The position numbers and the translations under genes are program-made. DNA of 64,000 bases, taken from an uncultured Bacteroidota bacterium (GTDB lineage: Bacteria > Bacteroidota > Bacteroidia > UKL13-3). Each line of letters begins with the position of its first letter. Positions within the stretch are counted from its first letter, which is position 1. Shown in pieces: positions 53,014-60,497 of the stretch. Below the pieces are notes generated by a model. The model had not been told where the DNA came from. It ran no database searches and worked only from the letters and a program-made list of their open reading frames with translations. The DNA lies in contig CAISCU010000006.1 of assembly GCA_903883965.1 (NCBI GenBank), forward strand, positions 4,103 through 68,102. Direction: 5' to 3'.

Positions 53014-53041
53014 GTATAAAAAGTGATTGTGCTTTTTATAC
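53014..53041. terminator. Possible weak terminator downstream of arsC
   Basis: GTATAAAAAG-8 nt-CTTTTTATAC. Confidence 0.35.
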
Positions 53042-53084
53042 TTTCCTATAATACCAATGTCAATTATTATTTGCTCATCAATAT

Positions 53085-53510
53085 TTAAATGCCAATATGT
53101 TCAACTACAAATGCTTTGCAGTATTCTTTAATTTGTTCGCGAACAGCCCTGAATTGTGCAGCAATTTCTGCTTCGGTACCAATGGCTTTGGCAGGGTCTG
53201 GAAAATTGTAGTGAAATTTTTGGGCTTGGCTTGGAAAATAAGGGCAACGTTCGTTGGCATTGTCACAAACGGTTATTACAAAATCAAATGGAATGTTTGT
53301 GTATTCATTGACATTGTTTGAAGTATGATGCGTAATGTCTATACCATCTTCTTGCATGGTGGCAATGGCTCTTGGGTTTACTCCGTGTGTTTCAATACCG
53401 GCACTATAAATATGGGTCAGGTCTTTGGCAAAATGTCTTAAATAGGCCTCTGCAATTTGGCTCCTGCAACTATTGCCTGTACAAAGTACCAATAAGTTTT
53501 TCTTTTCCAT
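53085..53510 (-). CDS. arsC: Arsenate reductase (LMW-PTP type)
   Basis: CTGNSCRSQIAE, VCD..ERCP, DP; ars operon context. Confidence 0.92.
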   Translation of the reverse strand: MEKKNLLVLCTGNSCRSQIAEAYLRHFAKDLTHIYSAGIETHGVNPRAIATMQEDGIDITHHTSNNVNEYTNIPFDFVITVCDNANERCPYFPSQAQKFHYNFPDPAKAIGTEAEIAAQFRAVREQIKEYCKAFVVEHIGI

Positions 53511-53513
53511 GTT

Positions 53514-53639
53514 TTAAACAAACAACCAAATGATGTTGATGATACTAAATTTTGGGTCAAAGCCAAACCAGAATTGCAATGCAATCACCGATAAGGTAAT
53601 GATGATTGGCTTTTTATATTTGATGATAAATGTTTTCAT
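53514..53639 (-). CDS. 41-aa membrane peptide inside the ars operon (absent from the ORF track)
   Basis: MKTFIIKYKKPIIITLSVIALQFWFGFDPKFSIINIIWLFV*; fills the gap with 3-nt spacers on both sides. Confidence 0.6.
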   Translation of the reverse strand: MKTFIIKYKKPIIITLSVIALQFWFGFDPKFSIINIIWLFV

Positions 53640-53642
53640 TAC

Positions 53643-54116
53643 TTAACAACAGTTAGAACCAGGCGTGCAACATGCAGCTGGGGTAGACGTGATTTCTGCT
53701 AAATTTATTTTTTGTTTTTGAGGATGTATGCCACATTGGTCTTCAGCCAAACAAGCTGTTTGTGTGTTTTGAAGTAAAAAGTAGTTGCCATCAAAAGCCA
53801 ATGCATATTTGCCAATTGTAGCAGATTGGTATTCCACCTCAATTTCTTGGTCTTCTATACCCAATATTTGTTCCGAAAGTTCAATAATTTGTAATAATTT
53901 ATTGGGCATAAGCTGGTGATTCATATCATTGGCAGACCATAATTGAAAATTTACTTTTTTTTCTGTTCGGATAGTGCCTCCACAATCTATGAAATATTTG
54001 CTAGCCATGCCCACTTCGGTAATGTGAAAATGAGCAGGTACAATTGAGCCGTCTTCTAGTTTAAATTTGAGCTCGTTAAGGGTTGGTAAAATGAGTTTTA
54101 CTTGTGACAGTTTCAT
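53643..54116 (-). CDS. DUF6428 family protein
   Basis: HFHITEVG..FIDCGG..QLW; Cys-rich CCTPGSNCC tail. Confidence 0.85.
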   Translation of the reverse strand: MKLSQVKLILPTLNELKFKLEDGSIVPAHFHITEVGMASKYFIDCGGTIRTEKKVNFQLWSANDMNHQLMPNKLLQIIELSEQILGIEDQEIEVEYQSATIGKYALAFDGNYFLLQNTQTACLAEDQCGIHPQKQKINLAEITSTPAACCTPGSNCC

Positions 54117-54131
54117 GGGCATATATTTTAA

Positions 54132-54464
54132 TTAACAACAGGTGTTTTTTTGTTTGGTTAATTTGCCAGCCAATTTTGTAAAATAGGCTTGAATTTTTTC
54201 GATGGCTTTTTCATCTATGCAATAACAAATGGCATTGCCTTCAATATTGCCTTTGATTAATCCAGCATTTTTTAATTCTTTTAGGTGCTGAGAAATGGTT
54301 GGTTGTGCCAAAGGCAATTCATTGACTATATCACTGCAAATGCATGAATCTACTTTTGAAAGGTAGTCCAATATGGCAACTCTGGCTGGGTGGCCAATGG
54401 CTTTTGCAATGTTTGCAATTTGGTTTTGTTTTACTGAAAAATGATCAGACTTAGTGGTGCCCAT
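54132..54464 (-). CDS. arsR: ArsR/SmtB transcriptional repressor
   Basis: GHPARVAI, CICSD, QPTISQHLKELK, terminal CC. Confidence 0.9.
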   Translation of the reverse strand: MGTTKSDHFSVKQNQIANIAKAIGHPARVAILDYLSKVDSCICSDIVNELPLAQPTISQHLKELKNAGLIKGNIEGNAICYCIDEKAIEKIQAYFTKLAGKLTKQKNTCC

Positions 54465-54472
54465 ATATTTTA

Positions 54473-54484
54473 ATATTGCAATAT
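54473..54484. promoter_or_regulatory. Putative ArsR operator overlapping the -7 element
   Basis: Perfect palindrome ATATTGCAATAT 8 nt upstream of the arsR ATG. Confidence 0.55.
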
Positions 54485-54495
54485 AAATTAATTTT

Positions 54496-54529
54496 AAAAA
54501 AGGGCTTATGGAATTTCATAAGCCCTTTT
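54496..54529 (-). terminator. Intrinsic terminator after the LruC-domain gene
   Basis: AAAAGGGCTTATG-gaattt-CATAAGCCCTTTT. Confidence 0.8.
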
Positions 54530-54546
54530 ACCTTTTAGTTTAAAAA

Positions 54547-57500
54547 CTATTTGGTGTAAATTTTTGCATTATTTCTGTACCCGTTTGTATTTAAATACCA
54601 ATCTGTATTTGTAGTGCCATTGCTCATTGCCCAGTTTAAGAACAACAAATAGCCTGTTGAGATATCTTGTTTTTCTTGCATGTAGGGAATTGAAGTAGAA
54701 ATGTCTAATGCCCAAGGCAAATTGTTTTTAGATTTATAGTACCTGCCCTGTTCTGGCATGCTGTTGTCATCGTCTGTGCCAAACCAATCATCATTCATTT
54801 TGTTGGTTGGAACCCTATTTTGTAAATGAAGTTCTTTGCTTCTAATTTGTAATGAATTGGCAGTGTCACCTATTATGATATATGGATTAAAAGCCGATTG
54901 AGGCAATTCACTAATGTTAACGGTTCCACCCGCTGGAGCCACCCCATTGTTTAAAAATTTCACCACAATTGAACTAGTATCATATGGGCTTTTAGGTGCG
55001 CTCATATAAGTATTCACGAAATTTCCATACCCATTTTCAGTAAGCACTTTGTAGATGTCATCAAAAACAATAATGTTGGCATAATCTTGACCACTTTCTG
55101 TGCCATTTAAGGCATTGCTTAACCAACTGGCACCACTTGCTTTTGAACCCGTTACGCTCGTTACTTTATTTGGAGCAATTCCATCCAATTGAAAAGCAAA
55201 GCCATTGTGAAGACCTGCACCCGTGCATCTTGCAACAAATGAATAGTTGATTTCTACTACTTGATTCAAGTTGTTTGTGACAGTATTGGATCTGTAATCA
55301 ACCACAACATCATTGAAGTCATAATCTGCAATGTTTGGCCATAAGTCTTCAAACATTAAGGTTCCATAGCCATCTGCTGGATAATAACTGTTAAATGCTT
55401 TATGAGGATCTTGAGGGTATTCATCCAAACAGTCATTGATGCCATCACTGTCTGCATCGGTATTACATGATCCAGAAATGGTCACTACAATGTAAGCCGT
55501 TGTACTTTGTCCGCCGGTATCATAAATTTTATAACCAATGCTTGCAGTGCCTTCGTAATTTGTAGCAGGAGTAAATTTCACAGAGTAATTTGGATTGATT
55601 GAAAAAGTTCCAACTAGGGTAGAGTCAGGTGCTGTACCGCCAATAAATTCAATTGATGACGCATTGAAAGCATAACTTCCAATTTGATCATTGGTTAATT
55701 GATTGATATTTACTGGTACGTTTAACTGCGTAAACGTAGTATCGTTAACGGCTGTAGGTGGTAAATTGCTGATGGTAATACTTTTGCTCATAGTGGCAGT
55801 TGTACAACCATTGTTTACATAATAATTGATGGTAGCTGTTCCGGGTGCGATACCTTTTACCACACCATTTGAATCAACAGTTGCAACGGCTGGATCGCTA
55901 CTGCTCCAAGTTCCGCCAGTAGTTGAGTCTGTGTAAGTAGTAGTGTAATTAGTGTACAAAGTATTTGCTCCTGTTACCGATGCAATAGAACCTCCTGAAT
56001 TATTAACAGTGAGTGTTTTATTTACTGTGGTAGAGCCACAAGCTGAACTGACAGTATAACTAATGGTAACTGTTCCTGTGTTCACACCGGTTACAATTCC
56101 AGAAGCATTTACAGTTGCAATGCTGTTGTTGCTACTACTCCAAGTACCACCTGTAGTTGCTGTGCTTAAAGTAATTGTACTACTATTACATACACTGTTC
56201 GAACCTGAAATTGGTTCAACATAAATTCCACCGCTGGGTGCCAATGACACTGTAAAGCTATTTGACACTGTTTTTTTGGTGGTGAACCAAGTATTCATTG
56301 TTCTTTGGTTTCCCGCGGGGTCCATCCAACTGTGCTGACCCGCAACGGTTGTAGAACCGCTAACTGGCGCTGTAGCCGGAGTACCTGTTAAACTTGTAGT
56401 TCCACCACTCAAGTTGTTATCATCCCAATACACGGTCATGGTTCCAATTCCGCTAGGTCTGACAATAGAAGCTAAATAGCCATTGGTGTGTTGTTCGGCA
56501 TCATAAACGGGTATATGGAGTGTTCCTACTTTGGTAGCTAGTTCAACTTTTAAATTGGCATTGTTAGATACAGTAGCGCCGAGTCCGTTGAGTCCGTCCC
56601 AAATAACACAATTGTTTCCTCCACTCACATAGGCTTCTAATACCCGGTCAACAGGATCGGTATAAATTCCATTGTTGTTTAAGTCTAACTTTAGTTCTGC
56701 TAGCGCATCTCCATTGATGGTAAAGTTCAAACAATAATTCCCTGGACAACCTGTTATGGAATTAAATGTGGCAGACCTATCACCCTTGGTTGCACTTGGG
56801 TATTCATCATTGTCGGGGTCGTTCAAGAATATTTTGAATTCAGGTCTATCGTTTGGATTGTTGGATCCAAAGTCTTTAGATTTCCTGTCTGTTACAATAT
56901 TTCCTGTATTACCAACCCCAGTTGAATTGGCAAAAATTCTAAAATAATATGGGCTCAAACCATTTAAGTCAACCTCTGTTACAACAGAGTCCTTTGAATA
57001 TACAAATAAGCTACCTACACATACATTCGGAGGGGTATAACCTCCAGTGTTAAATCCCCAATAGTACGACCACAATCTTCCTTTTTTAACATTGGTATTG
57101 CTGGTTCCATTGGCTACAGTTACATCGTAATATTTTAAAAATATTTCAGTAGTATTGGCTGTAGTATTAGAAGTGTTGAATTCTATATAGTAATCCCCGT
57201 TGTAACGAGTGGCTGCATTTGCATTTAAATCCAATTCGATTGGTAAATATCCTCCGGTATTTCCTGTTAAAGTTCTAGGTCCTGTGTTGGCTTCCGACCA
57301 GTTACTAATGTATCCGTTTCCAGAACTAGGAAGCAATGTAGGCCCTGCAACTACTGTACCATCTGGTCTTTTAATTCTATAATAAACGGTTTGGCTTGAA
57401 GTTGTTTTTTGAAAACCAACATAAATTTTTTCAGTGGTATAGTCTTTTACGTGGATGAACAAGCGGTCGTTCTGACTGGTGGCTGTCCAACCAGCAAATG

Positions 57501-57693
57501 TTGATGCAAATCCGCCCAAAGCCGAGCGGTTTACTTGAAGTTCAACATTGTTAATGGATGCAGATGGTGTCATTTCTTTTGTTCCTTCTGCTCTTGAAAT
57601 AACGGCATTTAAAAATAGAATAAACAAGCCCAAGAGCTTAGTATAGAATCGCGTATTTAAATGCATTTTAGAAGGTATAAAATTATATTTCAT
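54547..57693 (-). CDS. Large secreted protein with Ig-like (Big_2/Big_9) repeats and C-terminal LruC (DUF4842-like) domain
   Basis: Signal peptide; two WSSS..ATV..G.V repeats; DADSDGINDCLDEYP, GTLMFEDLWP..DYDFNDVV, ELHL, LPWALDI. Confidence 0.8.
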   Translation of the reverse strand: MKYNFIPSKMHLNTRFYTKLLGLFILFLNAVISRAEGTKEMTPSASINNVELQVNRSALGGFASTFAGWTATSQNDRLFIHVKDYTTEKIYVGFQKTTSSQTVYYRIKRPDGTVVAGPTLLPSSGNGYISNWSEANTGPRTLTGNTGGYLPIELDLNANAATRYNGDYYIEFNTSNTTANTTEIFLKYYDVTVANGTSNTNVKKGRLWSYYWGFNTGGYTPPNVCVGSLFVYSKDSVVTEVDLNGLSPYYFRIFANSTGVGNTGNIVTDRKSKDFGSNNPNDRPEFKIFLNDPDNDEYPSATKGDRSATFNSITGCPGNYCLNFTINGDALAELKLDLNNNGIYTDPVDRVLEAYVSGGNNCVIWDGLNGLGATVSNNANLKVELATKVGTLHIPVYDAEQHTNGYLASIVRPSGIGTMTVYWDDNNLSGGTTSLTGTPATAPVSGSTTVAGQHSWMDPAGNQRTMNTWFTTKKTVSNSFTVSLAPSGGIYVEPISGSNSVCNSSTITLSTATTGGTWSSSNNSIATVNASGIVTGVNTGTVTISYTVSSACGSTTVNKTLTVNNSGGSIASVTGANTLYTNYTTTYTDSTTGGTWSSSDPAVATVDSNGVVKGIAPGTATINYYVNNGCTTATMSKSITISNLPPTAVNDTTFTQLNVPVNINQLTNDQIGSYAFNASSIEFIGGTAPDSTLVGTFSINPNYSVKFTPATNYEGTASIGYKIYDTGGQSTTAYIVVTISGSCNTDADSDGINDCLDEYPQDPHKAFNSYYPADGYGTLMFEDLWPNIADYDFNDVVVDYRSNTVTNNLNQVVEINYSFVARCTGAGLHNGFAFQLDGIAPNKVTSVTGSKASGASWLSNALNGTESGQDYANIIVFDDIYKVLTENGYGNFVNTYMSAPKSPYDTSSIVVKFLNNGVAPAGGTVNISELPQSAFNPYIIIGDTANSLQIRSKELHLQNRVPTNKMNDDWFGTDDDNSMPEQGRYYKSKNNLPWALDISTSIPYMQEKQDISTGYLLFLNWAMSNGTTNTDWYLNTNGYRNNAKIYTK

Positions 57694-57725
57694 GAAAAAT
57701 TACTTTAAAGATTGAGCCCTTGAGA

Positions 57726-58130
57726 TTAATTTAAATTGCTTTTGATGTGTATATTATCTGCTAAGGTAAACTTCTCTCTGTTCCCATTTAAATAAACATA
57801 AATGTTTTTGTATTTATTTTGAACAGTTAAGCTTGCCGAATAAGTATTTCCGGCTTTTACAATTGCCTTGTGAAACACCTCAGCATTTTCTCCTTGTATC
57901 AATAAAACACCTGTTTTGCTTGGGTTGATTTCAAAATGAACCGTATTGCTGGTTTGCCATTTAAAGTTTTCTGAAACACTCAACTCATTGGTCTTGCTTG
58001 GCTGCGTATGTTGTACTTGTTTTGGTTTAATTTGTTCCAAATCTCTTTTGCAAGATTGCAGCAGGGCTAAAACAGCAATTGTTGCCACTATTAATAAAGA
58101 CTTAAACTTGATTGAATTGAGCTTTTTCAT
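57726..58130 (-). CDS. Small lipoprotein resembling the N-terminal module of LruC lipoproteins
   Basis: LQSC lipobox; TNELSVSENFKWQTS. Confidence 0.65.
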   Translation of the reverse strand: MKKLNSIKFKSLLIVATIAVLALLQSCKRDLEQIKPKQVQHTQPSKTNELSVSENFKWQTSNTVHFEINPSKTGVLLIQGENAEVFHKAIVKAGNTYSASLTVQNKYKNIYVYLNGNREKFTLADNIHIKSNLN

Positions 58131-58365
58131 TGAATTGAAATATTGTTCAACTCTACATACCAATTATTTATCCAAGCTGTTTTTCTTTTGTTTAAATAAT
58201 TGCAAAGTGCTGATAAATAATGCTTTGAGATTTTAAGATGAATGGCGTAATCACGGCCAGTAGTCCCAAAATGAAACAAAATACCATTTATGGAATGCCA
58301 TAAAATGATTGATGTGTTTGATGAATCATTTATCATAGTAAAAAATAATCATCAGCTTATCGTCT

Positions 58366-58713
58366 TTGTATAGTTCCCAAAAATTGACTTCAATTTTGGT
58401 AATAAATGATTGTTTGATTTATACAATGATTAAAATTTTAGACTTAAATGTTATTTTTCCGCGAGTTGTTGCATATAAATTTCTTGTAAACGCATTGGTA
58501 TCTGTATTAGTTGTTGTTTTAGGTGGTATGATGTGGGGGGTGTCTGGTATGTTTTTTTCTATTCCATTCTTAGCATTTTTAAAAGTGAGTTTCGATCATT
58601 ATCCTGGTCTTGAATTTTGGGGTAAATTATTGGGTATTCCAGAAAAAAGTCATTGCAAAACAAAGACTGATTTTGGCAAAATGAACCTTTGTTTAGGTCT
58701 CTGTCTCACTTAA
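58366..58713 (+). pseudogene. AI-2E family transporter C-terminal fragment
   Basis: NALVSVLVVVLGGMMWGVSGMFFSIP..LKV.FDH..WGKLLG; N-terminal two-thirds absent. Confidence 0.7.
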
Positions 58714-58744
58714 TGATAGGTTTTAGTCTTGAGGCATTTAAATT

Positions 58745-59342
58745 GAGGTATTCTCTAATTAGAATCAATGTTTGTCATAATCTTCCCATTCTTCCATTTC
58801 CATCTTAAAATGGATGAATGAATTCCATTTCATAATGAAATACACAGCTTTTTATCAATGTCAATTTATCAGAATCTTTAAGGTATTCGAATAAATCTTT
58901 CATGAGATGAGGAATATTTTCATGAGGCGGAGCAATTTGTTCAACTTTTGTTCCATGAACAATTCCCATACCTTGTTTTTGTCTATTTTCCAGCACTTTT
59001 AATTAATCCATTCATTAACTGAAGATGTGCTTTAAGAAAACTTTTGTCTGAAGAGAATTTATATGCTTGTAAATTTTCATACACCTGAATGGCATTTAAA
59101 ACTTCCAATACATCTTTTTCAGGGCCAATGACTCTTTTGTTCTCAACCAAAGCAGTAATTTGCTTCTCGGTTAATGTATTGCCTTTAATTTGTAAAGATG
59201 AATGAATGGTTTTAATTCTATTCTGCTTGCGAAGTTGAGGCGTTTGCTTGCTCAAATAATTTGCATTTACTTCTCCATTTTTTTCAGAAATAGATCGTAT
59301 GAATTGTAGAATTTTGGGAGTAATATCATAAGGCGGCTTCAT
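58745..59342 (-). pseudogene. Fic-family protein pseudogene
   Basis: MKPPY start; frameshift/stop at 58983; catalytic HPF*DGNGRMGRL*Q with stops at 58805 and 58775; 3' end lost. Confidence 0.85.
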
Positions 59343-59668
59343 TGATAGCATCATTTGATAGCATCAAAGCTACACTTTTTGCCAATGTCTAAAATTTTTG
59401 TTTGGGGGGTGGGGGGTTAGGTACTATGGTGGGTGTGGAGGGAAGAGGTTGGTATAATTGAAAAGAAAGCAATAGTATATGAAAGGGGTTCTTGTTTTTT
59501 ATACACTTTGTCACTTTTAGGTTGCAGTTCAATTAGTACTATATTTTTTAAAGTTCATTGAGTGACTTAAAGAAGTGATGTTTCTATAATCATAATCAAT
59601 TGAGAATTTAAATTAAAGTAACATAACGCATTAAGTATGTATGTTATGTTGGGTGAAGCAGAATGGAG

Positions 59669-60412
59669 TTATAAGCTGGTTTTAATTGTTTGAATATATT
59701 CAGATACTATGTTTTTTACTTGAGTATATGATTCAGATTTTTGATTACTAGGTTCATTTAAATACAGTGCCCTGTTTACTTCTAGCATGATACTCGAAAC
59801 GTTTTTATTTTTCTGGTAATGTTCCAATGGAACTATAGCTCCTCTTTAGGGCCAGTCAATTCCTAAAGTATAACCTGCTTTCTCATAAAAAGAAACCGAT
59901 AGCTCAATCAATTCCTTGCTTGTATGAAAAGCATCCGTTCCAATGTTAAAATCTGGTCTAATGGGGTTTTTATCAAGATCTCTTTCTAATGGTTTGCTAG
60001 GATATGAATGGCAGTCTATTATTATTGCTTTACCAAAGCTTTCTAACTGCTCGTTTACTGCCCTATTCAATTGCTGGTGGTGTTTCCAATAATAGGTATC
60101 TAGGATTCTTTGTTTTAATGCTGGGTTTACATTTCTGATAACTTCACCAACATCACTTTTCTCATACAATACGCCCATTCCAAACTGTGCCATCACTTCT
60201 TGTGTATCATCTGGGAATCTTTCGGGGTCACAAAATATTCTTGAAAATTCGGCCACAATCATCTCATCATCTTTTGATTCAAACAAATCGTCTGTATACC
60301 AATCCGTCAATTTTAAAATCTCTTTTTCAAGTATAGACGAATCTACCAAGTAACCTTCTGTTATTGGTATATGGGTTGATGCATGCGGGATGTGGAGGAT
60401 GAGTTTTTGCAT
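59669..60412 (-). pseudogene. N-formylglutamate amidohydrolase with internal nonsense codon
   Basis: HIPHAS, TDWYTD, SR..CDPERF, IDCHS, RPDFNIG; TAA at 59846-59848, then in-frame RGAIVP..SIMLEVNRALY to a stop at 59669. Confidence 0.85.
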
Positions 60413-60497
60413 AGGGGGGGTAAGATAGAAATGGATTTTCAAACGCTATAAAAAATTGGTCTTTTATCTTTTTGATTTTGGATCTAATTTAAATTGA

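Noticed and set aside
4994-58163. Longest-ORF starts in the track (e.g. 4994, 10198, 11979, 20317, 33545, 35911, 42511, 47038, 49697, 58163)
   Set aside because: They overlap terminators, promoters or neighbouring genes; downstream ATGs give proper signal peptides or family N-termini
59612-59650. Chromosomal dif site
   Set aside because: Arm spacing is far from the 6-bp dif core and there is no XerC-type arm; kept only as a low-interest finding
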